From positions 170,688,001 to 170,752,000 of the forward strand of contig CM059425.1 in assembly GCA_030390025.1 (NCBI GenBank): 64,000 nt of DNA, given 5' to 3'. The stretch is from Squalus acanthias (taxonomy: Eukaryota). Below the pieces are notes generated by a model. The model had not been told where the DNA came from. It did no database searches and saw only the letters and a program-made list of their open reading frames with translations. Below are positions 25,670 to 38,424 of the stretch, piece after piece. How positions within the stretch are numbered: the stretch's first letter is position 1; every line of letters begins with the position of its first letter. The translations under genes were made by a program, and so were the position numbers.

Positions 25670-26480
25670 AATCAGTCCAAACACCAGCAGAACCGAGCAC
25701 ACCAGCAGCACCAACAACAACACCAACCTTCTCTGCAATCAGCTGGTGTTGCACAGGACACAGGGCATCAGCAGCCGACCAACATTGCTGCCCGGGACAC
25801 CAGGGATGGCCTCACCATGGCTAGATTTACTTCACTTGACGCTGTACACCCTGGCTGCCACATGATGCGCCAGGTTGGCACCACCCCACACCAACACCAT
25901 AAAGCATCCCTACAATGCCCAAGCCAATCCTTTCACACTCACCACCATTGCGGAGGGTACCGTTATGTCTCACCATTCACTGCAATTCACTAAGCCACTT
26001 CCAAAGATGCACACAAATCTGTCCAAGAACGCAAAGTGTTGAAAATAAAGGTTTCAATGTTTGACACCACATTAACAGAAACTTTACATGAACATTGGAC
26101 AAAACACTGAAGTGGCTACCCTTGTGTGTTGTTAGTTGGTATGATTGCACTAGGATGAGGGTGAGTGTGAGGGGTGGCTAGTGAGATGGAGAAGTGATAA
26201 TGTAGATAGAGAGAGGGATGGGTGGAGGTGCAAGGTAAGTTGGTGTGAGTAAGGATGTGCAGGAGTAGGGTAGGGAAGGCAGGGTGATGGGGATGTGATG
26301 AAAGGCACAGCACAATGAGGTTGAGTGTGGCTTTGTACTAACGTTTTGTGATCTACTGAGATCATTGAAAGGTTTGCACCTCTGCAGCCTGGTCCTCCTG
26401 ACCACATCCCTGCCTGTGCCCTCCTCTGCAATCTGCAACCAGGCTGTTTAGATCTCCTGGGGAGGTCTCTTCCGCCCATC

Positions 26481-27433
26481 TGTAAGGGGTTTTCTCCGAT
26501 ACTGGTCCCCCGTTATACACAGTTCTTGGACATCAGGATTTATAAGAACAAAATACACACGGCACAGGGTTTTGGCTCAACCTTTGATTCGTTCGTTTAT
26601 TGAACACACACACACAATTACTTCTCCAGTATAAATCCCTACGATTTATATTAGACTAACAACCCCAAAATACAAACCCCTATGCAAGGGTCATTTGCAT
26701 TGACACAATATGACACAGTTAAACCCGTACGCAATTTGACTGTTACATATAAAGTTACCCAGACTCAATCACAAAGCCCTTATTGTGATCTGACTGAAAC
26801 TCACAAACTTACTCAGACTCAATCACAAAAGCCCCCTCTATGATTTGACTGAAACATACAATCACCACTCCCGATCGGCTGTCACTTGGAGTTGGTTGTA
26901 GGCCCGAATCTTTCTGCTTGCTGTTCTACCATTGGCTTTCCACACCGCTGTCTTCGAAGTGATCTTACTTTAAACCAAAACCAACTTGCAGTATCTTGAC
27001 ACACATTTCCTGGCCCCCTCCTGAGCATACGATGGCCGTTTCAAAATGTGTGAATTGTCCCTTGTATTGTCCATTGATTAGAGATACCTTTCTGACAATG
27101 CAACCTTCCCAAAGTGACTGCATATGTGAAGTTATTGGTTTCTGTTAGCATTCGTATTCAAAAGTTCAAGGCCCGGCCCATTGTCTAGGCCTGCACTGAT
27201 ACTAGTTATTCGGGGGCCATGGTCTAAGGTGAACAATGTAACCCCTTAAGGTACATGAACATGCGAATGTTCTTGTTCAGATTTTAGATTGTCTGTGATC
27301 CAGTCATAGTTTCGGCTGCAATGTTTGAATTAACCCTTTATTGCCGAGCCCTTTTTGCGGGCTCTGCAGTTCTGGGTTTTTATATTTCATAGTCCAATAT
27401 TTTTACCGTTGGGGGGGAGGAATCGATCCTACA
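26481..27433 (-). mobile_element. Solo-LTR-like insertion (953 bp)
   Basis: Starts TGTAAGG and ends CCTACA. Minus-strand AATAAA lies ~115 bp from one end; internal ~55-bp duplication at ~26760-26860. Interrupts the Myb-like exon, with ATC on both flanks. Confidence 0.7.
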
Positions 27434-27934
27434 ATCGGAAGGGAAGAGGACCACCCTGCGTGCTGTGACTCCCTCCATAAACATATGGAGGGAGTCATGG
27501 GAAAGCCTGAGTGCAGCCCTGTGCCTTTGTGCAGTCATTGTCAGTGTTTGCAGCACCTCAATGCTGTAGAACACTGACAGCACAAATGTCAAAATAAATT
27601 TGGACATGGTCCCATTAAGGAAACCAGCTGATGATGCATCATGAAATGACGCCACCAGTCCCTCTTCCTCTAATTGGCCCGGGAAATGCGCTGGGCGGGC
27701 TTAACAAGCCCTATCAATGGAAAGTTATTTCACAGAGTGGGATGGAGCCAGCAACAGGGCCGCAACCCGCCACCGACATCGCCCACCACAGATCCTTCGA
27801 GGTAAGTAAAATCGCGGCCGTGGAGTCCACTACAAACTTGTGTGGGTTCTCACACAGGGCATCAATAACTCAATCATGGAGCACGTGGCCACCTCAATGG
27901 CCATTTCAGGTGATCTCCCCCTGCAGGAGTCTGT

Positions 27935-29852
27935 GATATAAGTAATAGCATCTCTCAGAGGAGATAGTTCAGGTACAGTTGAGGTACATTCCCACGAGGG
28001 GGAAAGGTAGGACAACCAAATTCAGAGCTCCCTGGATGACGAAAGAGATAGAGAGTAAGATGAAGCGGAAAAAAGGGGCATATGACAGATGTCCGGTTGA
28101 AACATGTGAGAACCAGACTGAATTTAGAAAGTTCAGAGGGGAAGTGAAAAAGGAAATAAGAGGGGCAAAGAGAGAGTAAGAGAATAGACTGGCAGCTAAC
28201 ATAAAAGAGAATCCAAAATTCTTCTATTGGCATATAAATAGTAACCGGGTAGTAAGAGGAGGGGTGGGGCCGATTAGAGACCAAAATGGAGACCTACGCA
28301 TGGAGGCAGAGGGCATGGCTGAGGTACAAAATGAATACTTTGCACCTGTCTTTACAAAGGAAGAAGATGCTGCCAAAGTCATAGTGAAAGAGGAGGGAGT
28401 TGAGATACTGGATGGGATAAAAATTGATAAAGAGGAGGTACTAGAAAGGCTGGCTGTACTTAAAGTAGATAAGTCACCAGGACCAGATGGGATGCATCCT
28501 AGGATGCTGAGGGAAGTAAAGGTGGAAATTGCGGAGGTACTGGCCATAATCTTCCAATCCTCCTTAGATACGGGGGTTGTGCCAGAGGACTGGAGAATTG
28601 CAAATGTTACACCCTTGTTCAAAAAAGGGTGTAAGGATAAACCCAGCAACTACAGGCCAGTCAGGACTTCCAAAAGGTGTTTGATAAAGTGCCACATAAT
28701 AGGCTTGCCAGCAAAGTTGAAGCCCATGGAATAACAGGGACAGTGGCAGCATGGATAAGAAATTGGCTAAGTGACAGGAAACAGAGAGTAGTGCTGAACA
28801 GTTGTTTATCGGACTGGAGGAAGGGACACAGTGGTGTTCCCCAGGGGTCGGTACTAGGACCACTGCTTTTCTTGATATATATTACTGACTTGGACTTGGG
28901 TGTACAGGGCACAATTTCAAAATTTTCAGATGACACAAAACTTGGAAATATAGTGAACAGTGAGGAGGATAGTGATAGACTTCAAGAGGACATAGACAGG
29001 CTGGTGAAATGGGCGGACACGTGGCAGATGAAATTTAACACAGAAAAGTGCGAACTGATACATTTTGGTAGGAAGGACGAGGAGAGGCAATATAAACTAA
29101 AGGGTACATTCTAAAGAGGGTGCAGGAACAGAGAGACCTGGGGGTATATGTGCACAAATCATTGAAGGTGGCAGGACAGATTGAGAAAGCAGATAGAAAA
29201 ACTTACGGGATACTGGGCTTCATATATAGCGGTATAGAGTACAAAAGCAGGGAAGTTATGATGAACCTTTATAAAACACTGGTTCGGCCTCAACTGGAAT
29301 ATTGTGTCCAATTCTGGGCACCGCACCTTCGGAAGGATGTGAAGGCCTTAGAGAGGGTGCAGAAAAGATTTACAAGAATGGTTCCAGGGGTGAGGGTCTT
29401 CAGTTATGTGGATAGACTGGAGAAGCTGGGGTTTTTCTCCTTCAAGCAGAGAAGGTTGAGAGGAGATTTGATAGAGGTGTTCAAAATCATGAGGGGTCTA
29501 GACAGAGTTGATAGAGAGAAACTGTTCCCATTGGCGGAAGGGTCGAGAACCAGAGGACACAGATTTAAGGTGATTGGCAGAAGGACCAAAGGCGACACGA
29601 AGAAAAACTTTTTTACGCAGCGAGTGGTTAGGATCTGGAATGCACTGCCTGAAAGGGTGGTGGAGGCAGATTCAATCATGGCTTTCAAAATGGAATTGGA
29701 TAAGTACCTGAAGGAAAAAAAATTACAGGACTACGGGGAAAAGGCGGGGGAGTGGGACTAGCTGAAGTACACTTGCAGAGAGCCGTCACGGGCTCGACGG
29801 GCCAAATGGCCTCCTTCTGTGCTGTAACCATTCTATGATTCTATGATTCTAT
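27935..29852 (+). mobile_element. 5'-truncated CR1 LINE with internal deletion
   Basis: KSPGPDGMHPR, FDKVPH, GVPQGSVLGP, KFSDDTKL and RPQLEYCVQFW; deletion at ~28663; (attctatg)n tail. Confidence 0.92.
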
Positions 29853-30977
29853 ATGCTCATACTGCGGTCATGCAGGCTCTGAGCTCAACCATCTCATCTG
29901 ACATTGGGCAGGCTGATAGACCAAATGGATAAGGGCTTCACTCACATCATGAATCTCTGACAGTCTGCTGTCCTGTGGATCAGTAGGTGTGTTGAGCCAC
30001 AGCCCAGTATCAGGTGCAGTTGTGCTATGGGGATGGAACATAATGCCATCTCTTCTGACACTTTGGTACCCTCATGAGCCCCTGAACCAATGCCCGCCTT
30101 GGGCCAGGCTACCCTGGTAGATGCGGAGTTGTTACAGTCTACAGCTGGGCTCTGTCAGGCTCGAGATCCTCAAGGTCACAACCACAAGCATCTCAAGCCC
30201 TTAAATGAGCCACAGCAGCCTCCCTCCTCCCATGTGACAGCCACTAGGGGAGCACCTCAGAGAGGCACTAGAGTAGGTAAAACAGCACTTCAGACAAGCA
30301 CCAGGGGCTCACACCAGGGTGAGAAATAGCTGTAGGCCTTTCTTTAAGCCAGTAAAACCACAGTTCTGTTTGAAATTTTTGTGCACAAACTGTTCCTGAG
30401 GTAGCTGCTGATCCTACAATGTTAGGTGACATGAATATCAATTTTGGTATTTTAGCAGATGCTGTTGATTGTAGGGTGGAACGACTGAGACATATGTTGG
30501 ACTGTTAATGCAGATTGTTCAGTGCTTTACCGAGCTGCTGCCAAACAGCTCTTTCTGCAGGTAACTGCTGGGTGTTCCTTGTTATCCTCTCCCTCATCAT
30601 GCTGAAGATCCTCCTCCAGTGGTGGCTCCATGTGTTGTCTCTGTTGCAGAACAAAGTTATGCAGCATACAACAAATCACAATCATATGGGAAACCCTCTG
30701 TATTGCAGGAAGCCACCAGACCTGTCCAAGCAACAGCTGCAATGAGCTTGACTGCAACAGGCAATGTTGTGCTAGCTGCAGCAGTTGGCTGCAGGTCTTC
30801 TTGCAGGATGTGACACAACTCTGTCATTGCCTCCCTAGAGAATCAAAACCTCCTTTTGTAATGTTCCTTAGAGAACTGCAGGTATGTTGTTCTGGGCCTA
30901 GAAACTTAGTTGGGAGAGTAAAGATTCCATGAGTACGCCTCCTTTTATTTGTTCTCCCTCTACCTGCAGCTTTGTTT

Positions 30978-31045
30978 AGAATCATAGAATCATAGAAATT
31001 TATGGCACAGAAGGAGGCCATTTGGCCCATCGTGTTTGCGCCGGT
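30978..31045 (-). mobile_element. CR1 extreme 3' tail
   Basis: agaatcatagaatcatagaaatttatggcacagaaggaggccatttggcccatcg. Confidence 0.75.
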
Positions 31046-31689
31046 TTACTCCTCCTTATTCTCCTCCTCCTCCCAGAGTGGGAATTCAAGAAGAACTCCC
31101 ATCAAGAAACCACTCCAATGTTAGAAGCCCCTTAACAGTTCAGAACATACATTAACAACTACAAGCACTTTCAAATCCTTAAGGGTCAATATTACTGCAA
31201 GACAAATGGCTACAAAAGCTCTATACTTTACCACACCTTTACCTGAGAACAGCTGAGGATCCCTTTAAAAGGCCACCTCAGCATTTGTACCATCAGTGGT
31301 TGGCAGGCGGGAACAGGAAGTGGTGTCAGTCGAGAAGTAAGATCAGAAAATGACATTGGCATCATAATGACATCACTTGATCCCAATTTAAATATATTCC
31401 TGAAGCCCCCTGCCTGTTTGAGACAGGTACTCCAGATTGCCAGGATTAATGAGCCAGGGAAAATCAGGCCTGTTTTAAGTAAGTGGACGGAGGAGTGCAA
31501 ATGGTGCAGTAAAGAGACAAAAGTCACTCGCAGTGTCTCAGACACATCAATCATATGGGTGCAGGTCTCGGTTCGTAGGAGGCTCTGTCTGCTTTTAAAG
31601 ACTGCCTTTCTGTTGTGAACAAAAGACAAAAGTGTTGGGAGAAAGTCCGAACCATAACACATGAAGAGAGTATGAGTGCTGCTCTACAT

Positions 31690-32230
31690 TGATATCAGCA
31701 AATGTCAATTTAAACAGAACAAGCGACACTTATTTGGATATCTGGTTTCACCAGAGGGATTACAACCTGATTCAGCTCATATCACTGCAGCTGTTGATGC
31801 ACCATTGCCTGCAGATATCAGCCATCTACTGTTTCTTACATCTTACTGCATCCTACAGTAAGTTTGTCCAAAAATGTGTTATTGCTGTTAGTCTTACATA
31901 TGGAAACAGAGTGCTTAAGTGGACTGAGATGCTCAGAACAGTTTTGACAGGGTCAAGGAAATGACTGTGGAAACTTCAGCGTTAACCCTGTTTGATCTAT
32001 CACTTCACACTATGGTGTCCACAGCTGCTTTAGATTATAGAGTCAGTGCTGTACTCAGATTCATGAAGATAGACCTGATCATACGGTTGGCTTTGATTCT
32101 TGCACACAAACTGAGGCAGGCAGGAAAGCTGCCATACTGGAACAAGAAGCACTGGATGTTTGTAAGCTATAGAAGAGTGGCACATGTGGTTATGGAGCAT
32201 AACATAATCTTACTGATCATCAGGCCTTTA
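31690..32230 (+). mobile_element. Highly decayed Ty3/Gypsy-like pol fragment (RT end, connection, RNase H)
   Basis: KCQF...LFGYLVSPEGLQPDSAHITAAVDAPLPADISHL resembles the Gypsy RT C-terminus. ALTLFDLSLHTMVSTAALDYRVSAVL resembles the RNase H start (L..FD......V..DAS.YG.GAVL). Confidence 0.65.
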
Positions 32231-32879
32231 CAACAAAATTGAACAATTAGCCTGAAATGAGCACTGGTTGATAATGCTCACTTATTGAAATGCCACTGTG
32301 ATATTCAAAATACAATAGATTACAGAAATGTACCGCTTTCAGTCCATCCAGACTGCCTCTTTTGATCAAAGATACTATGAACCAGCATGATATAGAGGCA
32401 GCTTCCATGATCCCTACTAGTGATATTTGTGGCACAATTAAGCTATCATTAGATGAATCCATATTGGCTCTTTTATTTTACTGGCTATACACAACAGAGC
32501 AGCATAATCAAGTCTACAATAGTACAGCATGGACCTGGTATTGTTTGCAGAAAGTGGGAAAGGGGCATGGACAAATTTACAGAACATGGAATTACATTGT
32601 CAAGCTTATAGAAACTGGAGCACAGCTTTTCACTGTTGTAGATACTGGAGAAGAGTGTGATGAGAGTTGTAGTTGGTGGAGGAAAGGTGTGGCCAAGCTT
32701 AAAGGCTTTCAGAAAGGAATGTGAACAAGTCTGTCAACGGTGGACAGCTAACAGCTTTGTAGAAAGTAGTGGAGGGTGTACTCAGTATTTAAAGACAGTG
32801 AAAAAGAGGCAGTACCAGGTTTATAGAACACAGGACAGGGGTATGCTCATCCTGAAGCATAAACACCACTCTACACATA

Positions 32880-33078
32880 GGGGTTGAATTTCTACAGGTG
32901 TGGGCGGGGGTGGGGGTGGGGGGGATCCTGCTGGTCTACCGTAACTTTGATGGAAGATCTACAGAAACCCTGGAGAAACAGCATAGACAGCATTTATGCC
33001 ATTTCACCGTGATTTCCATGGTTGTTCCATCAAAGTTACAGAGAACAAGTGGGAGAACCTGTGCAGAAATTTACCCCC
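32880..33078. mobile_element. Short Harbinger-type MITE
   Basis: GGGGTTGAATTTCTACAGGT ... ACCTGTGCAGAAATTTACCCCC imperfect TIR; flanks ATA / ATG. Confidence 0.6.
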
Positions 33079-36012
33079 ATGGAGTTTACAATCTGTGTCT
33101 CTCTCTCTGATCATAAATCGCACTGCTAACCTTTCCCTAATAAAAATGGCTCTGACAATTATGTCTGTGGAACATGTGCAGAGGACAATTTCAGGCAGAA
33201 TTGATGAGTTGAAGGAAAATTGTCTGAGATACATTGTTAGGTGTCACTTTTTTTGCTTTGTTTTTACTTATGCTCAATCATAGACATTTTAATGATATGT
33301 AGGTATGCTCACAGCCTATGTCTATGTTAAAATATTCCAGAAATACTCTTTGTAACATATTTGTTGGGCATAGTCTTTTAAAGGAGAACTAAACTGCAAT
33401 GATGAAGTCACTGCTTTCACTGCATTGATCTCCATTCAGTCACTGTAAATTACACAGACCCCTGCTGCCATCTCTATTTTCAATATCCTCAATGAGCCTT
33501 TAAAGATTCAATAATTCATTGTTTCAATGTGTTAATGGCTTTTCTTCTTCTACCCATAATTCTTAACAGAAAAATGATGTCATGGTTACTCTGGAACGTA
33601 GCCACAGAATTCTGTGACAAGAAGAAATAGATGAAAATGAGTCAAAGTAAAGAAAGGAAGAGACAAGTGAGTGATGAAAGTAATGGCTTCATTATTGATT
33701 CATTAGAAAGTAATTTACACAGATGCATGAAAAGTAGACTTCATTTGATTACATTGTAATGCAGATACTTCTTTCTGACTAATATTTAAAAAACATATAA
33801 CAAGGATGAAATAAGTTTAAAAAGATGTAATTCCTTTTAGTTTGCTTACAATGTTATGAGCAGACAGTGATGATGAACAGACCGTTTTCCACTGTCTCAG
33901 AGGAGCACTTTGAACATTCATCGTGGTATGTGAAATCTTTATTCCCTCTGCCTAAGTTGGAGTCAAATCCAAGATATGAACATGACAGACCGACATTCCA
34001 ACACTGTCTCACCTGATCCCATCTGTAAAGTTCAAACATTTCTATCTGTACATTACATGATTAGCAAACTTACATAAATCTGCACATGTTGTGGGTCAGT
34101 CCCATCTATCAAACCAAATGTTTGATGTGTGTGTGTATAAACAAAATATCTTTATGTATGTCCATTTTACAAATGTTAGGAGATACCTTTTGTTCTTACA
34201 TGGAAAGAGAAAAATGTTGCTGTCAGAACAGTTTTACAGCTCAAAATGGCCTTTCATCTGGAGATTTATGGGACTGTGCAGTTCAAACCAAGAGTGGAAT
34301 TGGACCTTTACAGACATCCTTCATTTAATCCTATTCATACTTAAACTATCATGTGGCTAATATAATGTTGCATTCTCCATACCCATTAATAAGTAGGCTT
34401 AACTAAAGTACATTTCATCATCAGTTATTTTTTCACATGATAGTGCCCAGTAAAGGAGTCATTAATGGCTGACTTCCAAAAGTGTCACAGCTAATAGACT
34501 ATAAATTCATTAGAGATTCACAACTTCAGGTTACAAAGAGAGATATGTTAATTATACCATCATTTGTTGATCGAGCAACCTTGCATTTCAATAAGAAAGG
34601 TAATCGAATCATCTTGTGCTGTACAATTGTGAGCAGAGGAATCACAGCCAGTGACAGCTGTACTATTCCCCTCTCCCCTTAACATTGAAGCACTCAGAGA
34701 TATCTATAAATGATCTCAGCTCTTTGGAGTAAAATTGAACCACGAGTACCAGGTGACCGGATATTTGCACCATCAATTCAAAAGCCGACTAGTTTCTCTG
34801 ACAGCCATGTCATCTGACAGTTCAGATGGCCTTGTCATTGGGATATGCATGACCCATACATCTGCAAATGGAAGTGGAGATGTTTACCTAAAGCATGTTT
34901 CTCTGCAGACAGGTGTGACAATGGGTAACTTGATAAGCCAGGCAGCAGCAGTTTTATTAGCCTTCTCAGAATAAGGAGGAAGTATTAAATTGGGTAGAGA
35001 GGAAACACGAGACGTAATTTGATTTCATGAACTCCAAATGACTTTTAAGTCTCAAGATGAAATTTTGATGAGTGTCCATGTCTTGTCTGTCAAGTCAAAG
35101 GGTCAAGCTGTGTCTATTATCTATCTTGCATCTTTTCTTTCATTAGGCTTTGTGACAGCAGTCTGCTCATCATGTACTGATAACAGGGAAATGCTTGATA
35201 ATAATCTGAATAATGGAAACATTCATCTGGTGAAACTTCAGCCGTAGCGTCTTCTATTAGAACAATGTTAGGCTTTACTTGAATTTAAGTAGATTTACAG
35301 TGGTCACATGACTTAAACTGGTTAAAAAATCACTTCTTTTATGTTTTAATTTTCCCTCAGCAAAAACATGTAAAAGAAAGTTCATTTCACAATTTAAAAT
35401 CAATCATTTTAATTAACTGGCTATTCCAATTACTTTTATCTGTGCTTGTTTCTGTAAGTTCATCCTATTGCTTTTAATTATGCTTTTAATTATGTGAACT
35501 GTGTAATTTTATCAAATTTTGGGCCCTAGTCACTGAGAATTTTCTGCGTTCTCAAAATTGAAATTGGTTTGAAATATAGAAGGTTGTAGGATTCACAAAG
35601 CGTTTGCGGACATTTTGGTGAATCTGCAATCGTGTGGAAATGGTATCTAAATATACATGTTAAGAATATAAATGCTTCTGTAATTAGAATCATATGTTAT
35701 ATTTGTTTAGCTGGAATCCATTAAATGCTTGTATCAACTGTTGTGCACAGAAAAATAAAGTTTAGACTTTTTATCAAAGAGTTGGTTTCATTGATTTATG
35801 AGATCAACATGAAGTATTAGCTGCTTTTTCTCTATCTTCCTCCATTACCCTACAAAGTTAAGGGAGATTTGTAAAACCATCAGTGTAGCTTCTAAAATTA
35901 AGGGGATTATCTCCAGTTAGCAAGTAAAGTTTAGGTGACCTGTAGCTATTCATTAAGGAAATGTTGACGCACCTGGCCAGTGTAGTAGAGTCCAACAGAG
36001 AAGGACCAGTCT

Positions 36013-36410
36013 GAGTCTGAGTGAGCAGACCTGCGGCAGGAACAGAGTCGGAGACCGGGGATAAAGGCAGCGCAGAGCAAAGGCCTGGGAGTCTGAGTGA
36101 GCGGACCTGCAGCAGGAACGGAGTTGGAGACCGGGGATAAAGGCACTGTGGAGCAGAGACCTGGGAGTCTGAGTGAGCAGACCTGCAGCAGGAACGGAGT
36201 TGGAGACCGGGGATAAAGGCAGCACAGAGCAAAGGCCTGAGAGTCTGAGCAAGCGGACCTGCGGCAGGAACGGAGTCGGAGACTGGGGATAAAGGCACTG
36301 TGGAGCAGAGACCTGGGAGTCTGAGCGAGCGGACCTGCGGCAGGAACGGAGTCGGAGACCGGGGATAAAGGCAGCGTGGAGCAGAGACCTGGGAGTCTGA
36401 GCGAGCGGAC
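36013..36410 (+). repeat. 76-bp tandem repeat, ~5.2 copies, at the 5' end of a CR1
   Basis: Units start with GAGTCTGAG at 36013, 36089, 36165, 36241, 36317 and 36393, an exact 76-bp period. Confidence 0.95.
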
Positions 36411-36682
36411 TACCTGCGAGTGAGACAGTCGGCAAGCGACATAATGAAGGAGTGACGTCAGAATTCAAAGGTGTCGCTGGCACAAGGGAGCTGAGAGGTG
36501 AGTATAGGGTGAGTATTTGTGGTAAGTTTTTTTTTGTTCTGTTTTCAGTATATTTCTGCTAAGTAGATCATTGCCTATCTAAATAGAGGGAAGTGCTGAT
36601 TGGTGGGTAGCTGTTGAGTGTTTCTTGTTAAGTTTTAAGTTTATTTCTGCTAAATTACCTCCATATTCTGGTAAATAGAGGC

Positions 36683-37633
36683 ATGGCAGGGCAGCTCAGT
36701 CCCGAGATTTGCACATCCTGTGCCATGTGGGAAATCCTGGACGCTTCTTGCGGCCTGGACGGCCACGTGTGCAGGAAGTGTCGCCAACTGCAGCAACTCG
36801 AGCTCCGGGTTTCAGAGCTTGAGCGGCAGCTGGAGTCACTACAGTACATCCGCGAGGCTGAGAAATACTTCGAAAGCACTTTTCTAGCAGTGGTCACCCC
36901 ACAGCCTCAGAATGTGCAGGCAGAGAGGGAATGGGTGACCACCAGACAGAGAAGGAGGACAACGCACGTAGGGCAGGAATCCCCAGAGTGCATCTCGCTC
37001 GCTAACCGGTTCACAATTCTGGAAAATGGTGGGGGTGATGGCGCCTCTGGGTAGAGCAGCCAGAGCCAAGGCCACGGCACCACGAGTGGCTCAGCTGCAC
37101 AGGGTGGGTGGAAGAAGAGTGGAAGAGCAATAGCGATAGGGGATTCATTGGTTAGGGGAACAGATAGGCGTTTCTGTGGACGCAGATGTGACTCCAGGAT
37201 GGTATGTTGCCTCCCTACTGCCAGGGTCAAGGATGTCACTGAGCGGCTGCAGGACACTCTGAGGGGGGAGGGTGAACAGCCAGAGGTCGTTGTCCATATC
37301 GGTACCAACGAGATAGGCAGAAAGAGGGATGAGGTCCTGCAGGCAGACTATAGGGAGCTAGGAAAAAGATTAAAAAGCAGGACCTCAAAGGTAGTAATCT
37401 CCGGATTACTCCCGGTGCCACGTGCTAGTGGATGCAGGAATAGGACGACAGAACAGATGAATACATGGCTGGAGAGATGGTGCAGGAGGGAGGGCTTTAG
37501 ATTCCTGAGGCATTGGGACCATTTCTGGGGAAGGTGGGACCTGTACAAGCCGGACGGGTTACACCTCAACAGAGCCGGGTCCAATATTCTCGCGGGGAGG
37601 TTTGCTGGTGCTGTTGGGGAGGGTTTAAACTAG
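36683..37633 (+). pseudogene. CR1 ORF1 (zinc finger / leucine zipper plus SGNH esterase), one in-frame stop
   Basis: CTSCAMW...CRKC, LELRVSELERQLESL, IGDSLVRG, HIGTNE, DGLHLN. ORFs 36683-37054 and 37148-37633 are in the same frame, separated by TAG at 37052-37054. Confidence 0.9.
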
Positions 37634-38424
37634 TTTGGCAGGGGGATGGGTACCAACATATAGGAGTAGAAAAGAGGAATAAGGTGCATAAAAGAGTGAG
37701 TGTGTTGGATAGTACTAGAGAAGAAATTAGTACTAGAGGCGGAAATAGTACCATATTAGATAGGAGCAGACTAAGAAAGACTACGAAAAATTCAAAAATG
37801 GGTTTAGAATGCATGTACGTAAACACACAAAGTGTGGTGAATAAGGTTGGTGAGCTATAAGCACAATTAGCCATGTGGCAATATGATGTTGTGGCAATGA
37901 CGGAAACGTGGCTTAAAAACGGTGAGGACTGGACATTTAATATTCAAGGGTACAAGGTGTTCAGAAAAGATAGGGGAGGAAAAAAGGGAGGTGGGGTGGC
38001 AGTGCTGATTAAGGAAGACATTGTAGTGTTGGAAAGGGAGGCTGTTCTTGAGGGGACAAGGACAGAATCCATTTGGTTAGAGTTGAGGAGCAAAAAGGGT
38101 ATGATCACGCTATTAGGGGTATACTACAGGCCTCCAAATAGTGAGAGGGAGTTAGAGGAGCAAATCTGCAGGAAAATCGCAGAGATATGCAAGAGCTATA
38201 GAGTAGTGATATTGGGGGATTTTAATTACCCAAATATCGATTGGGATAATGCTAGGGTAAAGGAAAAGGAGGGGGAGGAATTTCTGAAATGTGTTCAGGA
38301 GAATTTCCTTGACCAGTATGTTCTTGGCCCAACTAGGAAGGAGGCATTGCTGGATCTGGTGCAGGGGAATGAGGTGGACCAGGTCGACCAAGTGTCTGTG
38401 GGAGAGCACTCTGGTACAAGTGAT

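Larger units (their letters stand above)
24249..27819 (+). mobile_element. Internally deleted Harbinger nested in 22877-31470
   Basis: TIRs GGCCGGAATTTT / AAAATCGCGGCC (10/12) with GTG on both flanks. Myb-like exon on minus: MTAQRHRAALRLSHDSLHMFMEGVTARRVVLFPSD|GRKRPP...WLQIAEE...CKPFNDL. Confidence 0.85.
22877..31470 (-). mobile_element. Older Harbinger copy, inverted relative to 19091-22702 and split by nested insertions
   Basis: Termini GGGTCCATTTT / AAAATCAGGCC. Myb-like pieces on + (KCQKKCNDFTRSAK ~23330; C-terminus LQSTAG...RGSHQGEK* 30090-30329). Transposase remnant on - (RVSHMIVICCMLHNFVLQ, 30527-30757). Confidence 0.75.

Noticed and set aside
33854..34039. Possible ancient SINE or small ORF
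   Set aside because: Only vague B-box-like similarity; cannot be assigned without a search.
36013..36410. Regularly spaced repeats resembling a CRISPR array
   Set aside because: Whole units repeat with no unique spacers, there are no cas genes, and the context is a vertebrate LINE 5' end.
35858..36483. Repetitive minus-strand ORFs of 146 and 176 aa
   Set aside because: Translations of the 76-bp tandem repeat, whose period is not a multiple of three.
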